A stretch of DNA of 37,811 nt from contig CAYYFD010000001.1 in the NCBI GenBank assembly GCA_964471125.1, forward strand, positions 1-37,811. The letters are read 5' to 3'. A program made the translations under genes and the position numbers. Positions within the stretch are counted from its first letter, which is position 1. The number at the start of each line of letters is the position of its first letter. A model generated the notes under the pieces. The model was not told the DNA's origin and ran no database searches. It was given only the letters and a program-made list of their open reading frames with translations. Below are positions 23,914 to 33,103 of this stretch, in pieces. Source of the stretch: an uncultured Candidatus Peribacteria bacterium. Its GTDB lineage: Bacteria > Patescibacteriota > Gracilibacteria > Peribacterales > Peribacteraceae.

Positions 23914-24954
23914 TTACTGGAGCGCCTCTTGCAGCATCTCAGCCGTAGCCTTTGCTGCAAGGCTCCACTGTGGGCGATTGTATGCTATGGGACGCTTTGG
24001 CGGATGGCGCATAGCATCCGTTATGGCCTCTACGGAGGGCTCCACAAGCATCGCAGAACCCTGAGCAGTCTCCGGTACCGCCGTACGAGCTACGGCGATC
24101 ACCGGACAACCACAGGAAAGTGCTTCGGCAACGGGAAGCCCATACCCCTCATAGAGAGATGCCGTGATGAAGCATGCGGCGGCAGAGTAGAGGGCAGGCA
24201 AATCCGCTTCCTCTACTGGGGACAGGAAAAGAACATTGCCCGTATGGGGAAGCTTCCGGATTTCACCCGGCATCACTACTACAAGCTGTTGTTGATCGTC
24301 ATGAAGCGCGGCAAAGGCTTTAAGAAGCATGGGAACATTTTTATGGGTCTTGCCAGAACCGATGTACAGGAAAAAATCCGGACGCAATCCATAGTTCTTC
24401 ACGACGGATGCCACGGATTCCGGAGTCGCCGTCACAAACGCAGCACCAACACCTTCGCCAGTGACTCTGCACTTTGCATAGGCTTTCGGGCCAAAGACAC
24501 CGCCGATCTCCAGCGCCGTAAACGCACTCACGGCACAGAGTGCCTTTGCCCTGCGCACGGTATGCTCCATCTGCATGCGGTAGGCCAGTTGCTTTGCTGG
24601 TGAGCGGCTCGGATAGCGGTGAAGGATGAGATCGTGCACCGTTGCCACGAACGGTACGGGGCAGAGGAGGGGAACATTGAAGTGTGGTGAGAATAGAAGG
24701 TCGATGCCGCTTTGCTGAATAATACGGGGAAAGCGGATCTGTTCAGCAAAGGAATAGTGATCGATATCGGCGATCCGCAACGTGTGCGACTCTGCAGGAA
24801 GCTTTGCGATCCATCCATCGTTTTCCGATCGTACAAAGAGGATATAGGAAACAGAATCATTTCTGTGCAGAAGCGCAGACACGATCTCGCGCGTATAGCG
24901 CCCGAGTCCGCTGAGCCCACCTGCAAACCGGCAGTCGATTCCTATTGTCTTCAC
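23914..24954 (-). CDS. glycosyltransferase family 4 (GT-B)
   Basis: MKTIGIDCRF...GLGRYTREI at the N-terminus and an EGYGLPVAEALSCGCPVI EX7E-region motif. Confidence 0.85.
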   Translation of the reverse strand: MKTIGIDCRFAGGLSGLGRYTREIVSALLHRNDSVSYILFVRSENDGWIAKLPAESHTLRIADIDHYSFAEQIRFPRIIQQSGIDLLFSPHFNVPLLCPVPFVATVHDLILHRYPSRSPAKQLAYRMQMEHTVRRAKALCAVSAFTALEIGGVFGPKAYAKCRVTGEGVGAAFVTATPESVASVVKNYGLRPDFFLYIGSGKTHKNVPMLLKAFAALHDDQQQLVVVMPGEIRKLPHTGNVLFLSPVEEADLPALYSAAACFITASLYEGYGLPVAEALSCGCPVIAVARTAVPETAQGSAMLVEPSVEAITDAMRHPPKRPIAYNRPQWSLAAKATAEMLQEALQ

Positions 24955-24990
24955 CTCGCCATTGTTCCATTGTTCGGAGGCTTTGAGAAC

Positions 24991-25776
24991 ATGGATATCG
25001 CTTCAGCACTCCTATCGGCAGGGTTCGCACGCATCGACGCTGAGACGCTGATGGCGTTTCTCCTCCAATGCGACCGGTCCTATCTTCTCGCTCACCCGCA
25101 GAAGGATCTGACGCAAGAACAGCAGAATCTCTGGAATGCCTTCGCGATTCGCAGGAGAGAAGGGGAGCCTGTGGCCTACATCACCGGCCAGCGGGAATTC
25201 TACGGCCGAGGTTTTTTCGTTGACCGACGTGTGCATATTCCCCGTCCCTCCACGGAAAATCTTGTCACGATGACGCTCGATTTTTTGCAAAACCCGAAGG
25301 AAGAAAGGCGGGAACTGGAAACGGGGATCGCAGGTACGGCGATTGTTCTCAATGCTGATATCCAGCCAAGAATGATTGTGGACGTTTGTACGGGCTCGGG
25401 TTGCATAGCCATCACACTCGCTTTAGAGCGACCGGATCTGCAGCTGATTGCCATCGATATTTCTGCAGATGCACTGGAGGTTGCCCGTAGCAATGCGCGC
25501 AAATACGGAGTGGAAGCTCACATCAGGTTTCTACAGGGGAGTCTTCTTGAGCCTGTCGAATCTCTGGCAGAGCCTTTTATCGTTGTCAGTAATCCGCCCT
25601 ATCTTTCGGAGGACATGATCACTGCGCATCCGGATATACACTGGGAGCCCCGCATTGCTCTCGATGGAGGAAGAGACGGCGTAGAGCTTCCGGAGCTTCT
25701 TTTGCAGAACGTACGGAAAAATCCTTTCTGTACGGGGGTTATCATCGAGGGCTTAAAGCAACAGCACATATGCTGA
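24991..25776 (+). CDS. prmC: peptide chain release factor N5-glutamine methyltransferase
   Basis: GQREFYGRGFFVDRRVHIPRPSTE, SAM motif VDVCTGSGCIAI, catalytic VVSNPPY. ORF 24712..25776 trimmed to the ATG at 24991, which is preceded by GGAGG. Confidence 0.88.
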   Translation: MDIASALLSAGFARIDAETLMAFLLQCDRSYLLAHPQKDLTQEQQNLWNAFAIRRREGEPVAYITGQREFYGRGFFVDRRVHIPRPSTENLVTMTLDFLQNPKEERRELETGIAGTAIVLNADIQPRMIVDVCTGSGCIAITLALERPDLQLIAIDISADALEVARSNARKYGVEAHIRFLQGSLLEPVESLAEPFIVVSNPPYLSEDMITAHPDIHWEPRIALDGGRDGVELPELLLQNVRKNPFCTGVIIEGLKQQHIC

Positions 25777-26052
25777 TCAACTCAGCGGTGTGGGAGAATT
25801 CTCTACAGCGACACTATCGTCCAAGGTGATTTGAAATTGTTTGCGGAAATCCTCTTCGGTAATCTTTACAGCAAGCCGTTCACCATCAACAAAATCACGA
25901 AGTTGTAGTTGAAAACAATCGCCCCTAGGTTGTGCAAATTTTACCCAGCGATGAAAATCAGGCTGCTTCTGGAGCTGCATAACCAATGTTCGAGGAATCA
26001 TAAGCTGATTACTGCCAGACTGGGTATCGTTGGATGGTACTCCGATTGGCAT
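25777..26052 (-). CDS. hypothetical small protein (start uncertain)
   Basis: Minus-strand ORF 25777..26361 abuts the prmC stop. ATG 26361 would overlap purA, so possible starts are ATG 26052 (MPIGV...) or GTG 26196. AT-rich, with no family recognised. Confidence 0.3.
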   Translation of the reverse strand: MPIGVPSNDTQSGSNQLMIPRTLVMQLQKQPDFHRWVKFAQPRGDCFQLQLRDFVDGERLAVKITEEDFRKQFQITLDDSVAVENSPTPLS

Positions 26053-26185
26053 AACTGCATTGTATGAAAAATCCTGAATGTACCAAGGGACTTTTCCGGA
26101 TAAAACCTGATAGTGTAATCGAAGAATATGGCTAATATTAGATGAAAAAGCATATAGTTGTTCAAAAAAGAAACAGAGGAATATT

Positions 26186-27445
26186 GTGCTGATCACTCCG
26201 TGGTATGATGCGCATGTGTCGAGCAAATCCCTTACGTCATCGGCAACGGCGGTCATCGGTACGCAGTGGGGGGACGAAGGAAAAGGAAAGATTATCGATA
26301 TGCTCGCGGAAAAGTTTGATGTGATCGCGCGTGCCTGCGGTGGCGCAAATGCGGGACACACGATTGTCGTGAATGGTGCGAAGCATGTTTTCCGGCTGCT
26401 TCCGAGTGGCTGTCTCCACGATCATGCGGAGATCATTCTCGGCTCGGGTATGGTTATTCATCTGCCGACGCTTCTCGAGGAAATCGATCTTTTGAAAACC
26501 GCAGGCATAGACATCCTTCCGCGGCTGCGGATTTCTTATGAAGCACACATTCTTTTTGATTTTCACAAACTGATCGATGGAGCAAATGAGGATGATAAGG
26601 CCAAGACTGGAAAGGGGATTGGCACCACTCGCCGTGGTATAGGGCCTGCATACTGTGACAAAGCTGCGCGTACGGGTATTCGCATGGAACGCATTTCCGA
26701 TGACCTACGAGAAGATCTTTCCGAGAAAGCCACGCTTCTGAAGCGCACGCACGGCATCGACGTCGATATCGAGGCCGAGCAGCAGTCTGTGACGCACGCT
26801 GCAAAACTCATTGGGTCTTGTGTGACGGATACCGTCACGCTCCTTGCGGATCGTATGAAATCCGGAAAAAAAGTTCTCATTGAAGGCGCGCAGGCAACGA
26901 TGCTGGATATCGATCATGGAACGTATCCGTTTGTGACGAGTAGTGCGACAACCGTTTCGGGAGCACTGCAAGGACTCGGCCTTCCACCGCAATGTGTTTC
27001 GGAAGTTATCGGAGTAGCTAAGGCCTACTGCACGCGCGTAGGTTCCGGTGATTTCCTTACGGAAGTTTCAGGGGCGACTGGTGACCGACTTCGCGAGCGA
27101 GGAGGGGAGTATGGCTCTGTCACAAAGCGACCGCGCCGCTGCGGATGGCTTCATCTTCCGGATCTGAAGCGATCTGCCATGATCAACGGCTGTACATGCT
27201 GGAACATCACCAAGCTCGATGTGCTTGATACTGAGGAAGTGATCTTTGTCGGAGTAGGGGAGTCGAATGGTAAAGCTGTCTATAAGGAGTTTATTGGTTG
27301 GAAGTCCTCTACGGCCGGTATGACTTCTTTTGAGGATCTTCCGTTGCAGGCGCAAGAACTGATCTTGTTTATAGAGAAGGAAACGAGTGTTCCAGTCCGT
27401 TATATCGGAACGGGGCAGGGGAGAGGGGAGATGATTGTGCGCTAA
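26186..27445 (+). CDS. purA: adenylosuccinate synthetase
   Basis: VIGTQWGDEGKGKIID, GGANAGHT, GTTRRGIGPAY, SVTKRPRRCGW. GTG at 26186 is preceded by AGAGGA, and GTG 26216 is an alternative start. Confidence 0.93.
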   Translation: MLITPWYDAHVSSKSLTSSATAVIGTQWGDEGKGKIIDMLAEKFDVIARACGGANAGHTIVVNGAKHVFRLLPSGCLHDHAEIILGSGMVIHLPTLLEEIDLLKTAGIDILPRLRISYEAHILFDFHKLIDGANEDDKAKTGKGIGTTRRGIGPAYCDKAARTGIRMERISDDLREDLSEKATLLKRTHGIDVDIEAEQQSVTHAAKLIGSCVTDTVTLLADRMKSGKKVLIEGAQATMLDIDHGTYPFVTSSATTVSGALQGLGLPPQCVSEVIGVAKAYCTRVGSGDFLTEVSGATGDRLRERGGEYGSVTKRPRRCGWLHLPDLKRSAMINGCTCWNITKLDVLDTEEVIFVGVGESNGKAVYKEFIGWKSSTAGMTSFEDLPLQAQELILFIEKETSVPVRYIGTGQGRGEMIVR

Positions 27446-27500
27446 TACAAAAGACTCATGAACCACTGGACATACAGTCCACAGATCGCATACTTGCACT

Positions 27501-28100
27501 ATGCATCCCGTCCTCAATTCTGCGTTGTACTTCAAAGAAAACGCTGCAGATGAAGATGTTGGCGTAGAGGTGTTCGCTGAAACAGCGAAGAAAATTTTTG
27601 ATAACATTGCTTCTCAAAGAGACATCGTACTCGATTGGATTGAAAGAAAGTGGCCAACGCCAAAAACATCCACTGAAAAGCGATTTATCCCGAGTGAACA
27701 TTGCGAAGCATCTGATCCTGAGGCATATGAACACCTGGGGGGATTCAGGTTTTCCAGTGATGTTGCCATTTTTCTTGTTTCTGAACTTTGTGATGTAGAC
27801 GCAGCAATTCCACATCTGCTCTTTCGCCAACGAGGCAAGCTGCAGCATGTATTTGTCATAACAGCGAAGCCACTTTCCCGTAGGCAGCTGAGATTGGCAA
27901 ATGCACTCGATATTCCCCTCATTACAAGGCAAGCTGGGATTCTTGTGGAGCCGGTGATAAATACATCGTCTGTGGAGCAGACACAATCATCCGCACGAAC
28001 CGGTGGCTATCTGAGTTTTCATGACGAATCCTCTTTGAATACACAATTTCCTGCAGACTTACTGGAGTTAGCGCACTTGCGAAAAGCAGGCAGGGCATAA
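27501..28100 (+). CDS. hypothetical protein (199 aa)
   Basis: Preferred over the overlapping Cys-rich minus-strand ORF 27456..27986. Its stop abuts the nadK stop. No family recognised. Confidence 0.4.
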   Translation: MHPVLNSALYFKENAADEDVGVEVFAETAKKIFDNIASQRDIVLDWIERKWPTPKTSTEKRFIPSEHCEASDPEAYEHLGGFRFSSDVAIFLVSELCDVDAAIPHLLFRQRGKLQHVFVITAKPLSRRQLRLANALDIPLITRQAGILVEPVINTSSVEQTQSSARTGGYLSFHDESSLNTQFPADLLELAHLRKAGRA

Positions 28101-28976
28101 CTACTCCCCCCACTTCAGCTTCTGGCGCAGTGTGTGGAAGAACGTATCCTGAGCCTTGCGCAGGAAGCGTACGGTTTTCGCACACCCGCAGATGCGAATG
28201 CGGTCACGGCTTTGCAGTGTCTGGTAGACCTGCCCGTCGAGCGTGAGAACAACATTCGCATCCTGAAATTTATTGTGCTTCGTCAGGATCTCCACATCAA
28301 TGGTCTGATCGCTGGGAATCACGACGGGTTTCTGGCTGAAGCTATGGGGATTGATCGGCGTGAGGATGGTCGCCGCAAGAGTGGGATGCACAATGGGCCC
28401 GCCGGCTGCGAGAGAATATGCCGTGGATCCTGTCGGAGTCGCAATAATGAGACCGTCCGCATGAAAGGTCGTGAGAGGCTCACTTTGCACAGATACCTGC
28501 AGATCGACAAGGCGGGCAATGGTTCCCTGAGCGATGACTGCTTCATTGAGCGCATAACCCTGAAAAAACGTCTCTCCGTTTCTCTCTACGCGAACATGAA
28601 TGAGACTGCGCGATTCTATAACGCCACTACCCGCAAGCAGGCGGGGGATTTCTTCTGACGCTTCGTGCATTTCCAGTTCGGCAAGAAAACCAATAGTCCC
28701 GCGGTTGATACTCAGGATCGGTACCGAGAAATCTGAAAATGTACGCACCGTGCGCAGAATGGTTCCGTCGCCGCCGATGATGACAAGGAGGTCAATGTCG
28801 CTCTCGGAGTGAAACTCCGGAAACACGTCCCATGCGGCTGCATCACCCCTACGATCCGGATCAAAAAAAATCTGCGCACCCTGAGCCAGAAGAATATCCG
28901 TGATGCATCGTACGGATTCCTCCTTCTCATCAAGATTCGACTTCACAGTAATGCCGACGCGGGGGTACCGAAGCAT
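28101..28976 (-). CDS. nadK: NAD(+) kinase
   Basis: GGDG motif DLLVIIGGDGTILRTVR, NRGTIGFL, and a TPTGSTAYSLAAGGPIV glycine-rich motif. Confidence 0.9.
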   Translation of the reverse strand: MLRYPRVGITVKSNLDEKEESVRCITDILLAQGAQIFFDPDRRGDAAAWDVFPEFHSESDIDLLVIIGGDGTILRTVRTFSDFSVPILSINRGTIGFLAELEMHEASEEIPRLLAGSGVIESRSLIHVRVERNGETFFQGYALNEAVIAQGTIARLVDLQVSVQSEPLTTFHADGLIIATPTGSTAYSLAAGGPIVHPTLAATILTPINPHSFSQKPVVIPSDQTIDVEILTKHNKFQDANVVLTLDGQVYQTLQSRDRIRICGCAKTVRFLRKAQDTFFHTLRQKLKWGE

Positions 28977-29005
28977 GACCTCAGTCTAGTGCGTGCCAGA
29001 AGTTT

Positions 29006-29032
29006 CATGAAACAAAATACTTGTTTCTCATG
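29006..29032. other. hairpin/inverted repeat between the GT4 gene and nadK
   Basis: CATGAAACAA-aatac-TTGTTTC(TC)ATG, overlapping the 12-bp palindrome GTTTCATGAAAC (29002-29013). There is no U tract on the minus strand. Confidence 0.3.
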
Positions 29033-29051
29033 AGAGCGTGCCTTGGACGCA

Positions 29052-30095
29052 TTACAGTGCCGAAAGCACCAGATTGGCTGTTCTTTGCCATGAAAACTGT
29101 GCAGCCTGCAGAGGGCCAATTCTGGAAAGCCGCTCTCGAAGGGCAGGATCCGTGGTCAGCTGTATGAGTCCGCGCGAAATATCCTCCGTGCTTTCCGGAT
29201 CAATAAGCAGCGCACTCGCTCCAGCAACCTCCCGCAAACTTCCGCGTGATGACGTCAGGACGGGGATTCCCCGTTGCATGGCATCGAGGACAGGAAGACC
29301 GAAGCCCTCGTAGAGGGACGGAAAAGCAAGGATGGATGCCGAGGCGAGAATACGGGCGTATGCGTCATCCGGTACGTACCCTTTCCATTCCACTCCGAGA
29401 GTGCATTTTACGGCACGAAGAATCTCATCGTCCTGCCATCCCCGAGCACCTATCAGCAGCAACCGGTACTGCCGGCGAATGGTATCGGGAAGGGCTGCAT
29501 ATGCCTGTATGAGCCGCAGCTGATTTTTGCGGGGACACAGGGTTGCCGGGCAGAGAATCGTATGGTGGTCATCCGTGACTCGCTGTGGTGTATCTTCTAG
29601 AGGTCCGGAAAATACCGTTGTCACAGGTGTTTGCCCGATCTCGCGAGCAAAGCGTGTAAAAAGATCACTGTGAGTCGCATCGCTCAGAGTGAGAATATGA
29701 CGGGCGTTTCGTAGTACCGTAGGGAGCGTCCGCTTCTCTATCTGGCGCGCTTTCCACTCATGGGGATCCGGCCGAAAAGCGATAAGATCATGTAGTACCG
29801 GAATGCAGGGTACGGTGTGTCCTAGAAGGGAAGGAACAATGAAGCTTGTGGGAGAGATATAGATTGCCGCGCTTTTTTTGAGTTCCTTTGCAACTTGCCA
29901 GTGCCACCTCCAGCCGGAGGAAAATCGTCGCATGCAGTGTGCATGAGAATTCCAAGCAAGCGGTATTTCGCCGTCGGCAATACATACAGTCAGAGGCACA
30001 TGCTTCAGCAGGTGCTCAATGAGACGCAGCGTCCACTGCCCCTTGCCTGTTTTTGTCCTTGCACATGCGCTTCGACCGTCGATCCAGATCTGCAT
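29052..30095 (-). CDS. glycosyltransferase family 4 (GT-B)
   Basis: MQIWIDGRSA...TGKGQW at the N-terminus and the EGFGLPVLDAMQRGIPVLTS motif. ORF 29052..30149 trimmed to the ATG at 30095. Confidence 0.85.
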   Translation of the reverse strand: MQIWIDGRSACARTKTGKGQWTLRLIEHLLKHVPLTVCIADGEIPLAWNSHAHCMRRFSSGWRWHWQVAKELKKSAAIYISPTSFIVPSLLGHTVPCIPVLHDLIAFRPDPHEWKARQIEKRTLPTVLRNARHILTLSDATHSDLFTRFAREIGQTPVTTVFSGPLEDTPQRVTDDHHTILCPATLCPRKNQLRLIQAYAALPDTIRRQYRLLLIGARGWQDDEILRAVKCTLGVEWKGYVPDDAYARILASASILAFPSLYEGFGLPVLDAMQRGIPVLTSSRGSLREVAGASALLIDPESTEDISRGLIQLTTDPALRERLSRIGPLQAAQFSWQRTANLVLSAL

Positions 30096-30219
30096 GCAGT
30101 CAGTGTACCGGTGTTCATGCGGAAATTGGACGTTCACTCCTTCTTGCAAAGCATGTGAAGCATGACATTGTCACTTATCTTTTCTGGATGCCTGAAGATG
30201 CGCGTGATACGATTCCCTC

Positions 30220-30804
30220 ATGTCTGTATCGATTTTCCGTAAGATTTCGGCACTCGAACTCGAGGAACAGATTCTCAATGGAGGAGCACTGGTCACGGTG
30301 ATCGGTATTTTCCTCCCGTGGATGGGAGGGGAGTGGCTTGGAGGAGAGCGTGTGACCTACTCGGGAGTGGGTTTTTATACTGCATTTATCGGTTTAACAG
30401 TGCTTGTGCTTCAGCTCCTTGTTCTCGCCATTACTGCTGCGCCGCTTTTTGGAGGGGTGGTGATCGTTCGCAAGCGTAACCGCGAGTTTGTCCGGCTCTG
30501 TGCGACATCCCTCTCATCGGTGTTGGCTCTTTCAGCACTTTCGGTTCTGGCAAAGGTCACCTTTGAATTCTCCCGTATGGAAATCCGTTTTGGCATTTAT
30601 GTGGCCATTGTCGGCAGTCTGGTTGCAACTCTCTACGCTTTTCTGCGGTATCAGGAGCAGCACAGGGGACTGGTGCAGGAACTCTTTCACCACCCCGAAG
30701 ATGCCCCTACTCCGGAGGTGCGCAATGAAGTGGCATCGGTTCCACCACCTCCGCCCCCGCCTCCACCTCCTGCCGCCGAGGAGCACCGACTTTTCAGGCA
30801 GTAG
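30220..30804 (+). CDS. membrane protein with C-terminal deca-proline tract
   Basis: 194 aa with 4-5 TM helices. The cytoplasmic tail ends ...VPPPPPPPPPPAAEEHRLFRQ. Confidence 0.55.
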   Translation: MSVSIFRKISALELEEQILNGGALVTVIGIFLPWMGGEWLGGERVTYSGVGFYTAFIGLTVLVLQLLVLAITAAPLFGGVVIVRKRNREFVRLCATSLSSVLALSALSVLAKVTFEFSRMEIRFGIYVAIVGSLVATLYAFLRYQEQHRGLVQELFHHPEDAPTPEVRNEVASVPPPPPPPPPPAAEEHRLFRQ

Positions 30805-30847
30805 AAGTACATTCCGCGATTTTCTACGATTGTGATAACCTGCACAT

Positions 30848-31153
30848 ATGACAGATGTACCCTACAGTGACGAAGATCTTGTGTACGTTGATCCGGCAAA
30901 ACGCTTGGTGATCGGTAAAGTGGAATTTGCAAAAAACGGTAATGCAAAAACTTTGCTTATGCCTGAAGCCCCCCCCGAGGAGGCAAAAGAGGGGAGGAGA
31001 CCCCGTATCCCTCGCAAACGGTACTACCCGTGGGGCACCTACCGCTCTATGCGCAAGCTCTACAAAATCGACGGCGGTATCACACAGGAGGATCGACAGA
31101 TTTCCCTCGATGAAGCGATGGAGAAATCGTCCAAGGAACCATTTTGGAATTAG
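30848..31153 (+). CDS. hypothetical protein (101 aa)
   Basis: ORF follows the membrane protein gene on the same strand. Its stop abuts the fbp stop. Basic and proline-rich in the centre. No family recognised. Confidence 0.4.
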   Translation: MTDVPYSDEDLVYVDPAKRLVIGKVEFAKNGNAKTLLMPEAPPEEAKEGRRPRIPRKRYYPWGTYRSMRKLYKIDGGITQEDRQISLDEAMEKSSKEPFWN

Positions 31154-32083
31154 CTATCTGAGCAAGCGATCAATTTCTTTCACCTCCTTTGTCGATCCAA
31201 CAATAATCGGCGTCCGCTGATCACTCGCGGTGATTTTTTTGTCGAGAAGAGATATCGATCCATCTGAAGACATACCCCCTGCTTGCTCCACAAGATACGC
31301 AAAGGGTCCGCACTCAAAGACCATACGCAGTTTTCCCTGCGGATACTTTGCATTGCCGATATTGGTGAATATTCCCTGTCCTTTGGTGAGAATATGGTGG
31401 ATATCGGCGACCATGCAGCCTGAATACCGCAGGGTCATACTCTCCAGCCAATGATCGAGTGCTTTTCTGTATCCGGAGTTATCGTGGATTGCCGAGAGAT
31501 TTCCGGGACTGAAATTCTTCGCCGTATCGGCGATACCTAAGTGTTCGCGCAGCAGGATAAACTCGCCGACATCACTTAAAAGAAACATATGAACGCCATC
31601 CCCCGTGCTGTAGACAAAGAGTGTCCGCGGACCGTAGAGGATGTATCCGGCGGCAACCTGCTCGCGCGGCGTTCTGCCGAGTATTTCCGTACCGGAATAA
31701 ATGCCAAAAATTGACCCGATGGCAAAGTTCGCATCGACAAGCGAGGATCCGTCGAGAGGATCAAACACAACGCTGTATGGGGCCTTCGCGTCCATCTCGA
31801 CAATGCCGTCGTGCTCCTCGGAGCAATAAGAGGCGACACTGCCGCTTTCGCGGAGATAATGCTCCATGAGTTCATCTGCAAGTACGTCCAGCTTGAGCTG
31901 CTGTTCACCGAACTGATTACTACCGCCGGAGAGGTCTCCCGCCGAAGTCTGGATGGCATAGCGGATGTCGCGACCGGCGCGGGAAATATCGACAAGCAGG
32001 TGACGCAGGTCATCGGGAACTTTAGCCTCTGTACGCAGATGCCAGTTGAGCGTCGATCGTTTCGGCGGATGCGCGGAAGTCAT
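31154..32083 (-). CDS. fbp: class 1 fructose-1,6-bisphosphatase
   Basis: VVFDPLDGSSLVDANFAIGSIFGIY, LRYSGCMVADIHHIL, and GKLRMVFECGPFAYLVEQAGG. Confidence 0.9.
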   Translation of the reverse strand: MTSAHPPKRSTLNWHLRTEAKVPDDLRHLLVDISRAGRDIRYAIQTSAGDLSGGSNQFGEQQLKLDVLADELMEHYLRESGSVASYCSEEHDGIVEMDAKAPYSVVFDPLDGSSLVDANFAIGSIFGIYSGTEILGRTPREQVAAGYILYGPRTLFVYSTGDGVHMFLLSDVGEFILLREHLGIADTAKNFSPGNLSAIHDNSGYRKALDHWLESMTLRYSGCMVADIHHILTKGQGIFTNIGNAKYPQGKLRMVFECGPFAYLVEQAGGMSSDGSISLLDKKITASDQRTPIIVGSTKEVKEIDRLLR

Positions 32084-32089
32084 CGGGCT

Positions 32090-33103
32090 TTAGGAGAGAA
32101 GGGAACCGATCATTCTGGCCATTTCCGTTACACGCATGCCGTATCCCCATTCATTGTCGTACCACGCGAGAATCTGGACAAGCGTGCCGTTGATCACCGT
32201 CGTGGACTCCAGATCGACCGTGCTGGAGTGTGAATCAGATACGTAATCCGAGGACACCAGCTGCCCTTCCTCAACAGCCAAAATACCACGCAGTGCGCCC
32301 TGTGATGCCTGCGTCATTGCTGCATTCACTTCCCCTGCAGTAATCGGCTTCTTCACATTGAGAGCGAGATAAGCAGCGGAAACATCAGGGAGGGGAATGC
32401 GTAGCGCCATGCCATCCATTTTCCCGTTTAAATGGGGGAAGAGTTTGGCACAGGACTTTACGGCGCCCGTAGTCGACGGAATGATATTGAGACCGGCTGC
32501 ACGAGCAATGCGGACCTTGGAGCTATCCGAGGAGTTATCCAGCAAATTCTGAGACGATGTGTATGCGTGCGTCGTGCACATAAGTCCGCTTTCGATGCCG
32601 ACAAGCTCATCGAGAACTTTAATAACCGGTGCGATGCAGTTTGTCGTGCACGATGCAGCACTGACAATGGGTAGGCCTGCCTTGAGTTCATGGTCATTGA
32701 TGCCGAGAACAATCATGGGAATATCGTCCTTGGGTGGCGCTGTAATGAGAACTGCGCGTGCTCCGGCATGTAGATGACCCTCCGCTTTGTCTCGGCTACG
32801 GAACTTTCCAGAAGCCTCAATGACGAGATCCACTTTCAGTTTTTTCCACGGACAGTTCGCAGGATCACGTTCCTTCACTACTTGCACTGGTGTGCCGTCC
32901 ACGATGAGATTTTCACCGTCGACATGTACTTCTCCACCGAAACGACCGTGAAGAGAATCGTACTTCAGCAAATACGCCCGCATAGAGGCATCACTTGAGG
33001 CATTGATGGCAACCACGGAAACATCCCCTGAAAACCGCTGCAAAAGCTGACGATGGACCACCCGTCCGATGCGACCGTATCCATTGATGGCGATGCGGAG
33101 CAT
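32090..33103 (-). CDS. gapB: type I glyceraldehyde-3-phosphate dehydrogenase, GapB-like (probably NADP-accepting, gluconeogenic)
   Basis: MLRIAINGYGRIGR, SAASCTTNCIAP, WYDNEWGYG. The dinucleotide-selecting Asp is replaced (VVAINASS, as in B. subtilis GapB VVAINASY). Lies 6 nt upstream of fbp. ORF trimmed to the ATG at 33103. Confidence 0.85.
   Translation of the reverse strand: MLRIAINGYGRIGRVVHRQLLQRFSGDVSVVAINASSDASMRAYLLKYDSLHGRFGGEVHVDGENLIVDGTPVQVVKERDPANCPWKKLKVDLVIEASGKFRSRDKAEGHLHAGARAVLITAPPKDDIPMIVLGINDHELKAGLPIVSAASCTTNCIAPVIKVLDELVGIESGLMCTTHAYTSSQNLLDNSSDSSKVRIARAAGLNIIPSTTGAVKSCAKLFPHLNGKMDGMALRIPLPDVSAAYLALNVKKPITAGEVNAAMTQASQGALRGILAVEEGQLVSSDYVSDSHSSTVDLESTTVINGTLVQILAWYDNEWGYGMRVTEMARMIGSLLS

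Noticed and set aside
23772-23960. Upstream 63 codons of the ORF containing rpsP
   Set aside because: S16 homology begins exactly at MLIIRLQRTG (ATG 23771). The extension is Arg/Cys-rich and would overlap the GT4 gene's 3' end.
23929-24603. 224-aa plus-strand ORF
   Set aside because: Antisense to the GT4 glycosyltransferase gene, so it is a shadow ORF.
24712-24990. Upstream 93 codons of the ORF containing prmC
   Set aside because: They overlap the GT4 gene on the opposite strand. PrmC-like sequence starts at ATG 24991, which is preceded by GGAGG.
27456-27986. 176-aa minus-strand ORF
   Set aside because: Very Cys-rich with implausible composition. It overlaps the better-looking plus-strand 199-aa ORF. 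Neither has homology, so the choice is tentative.
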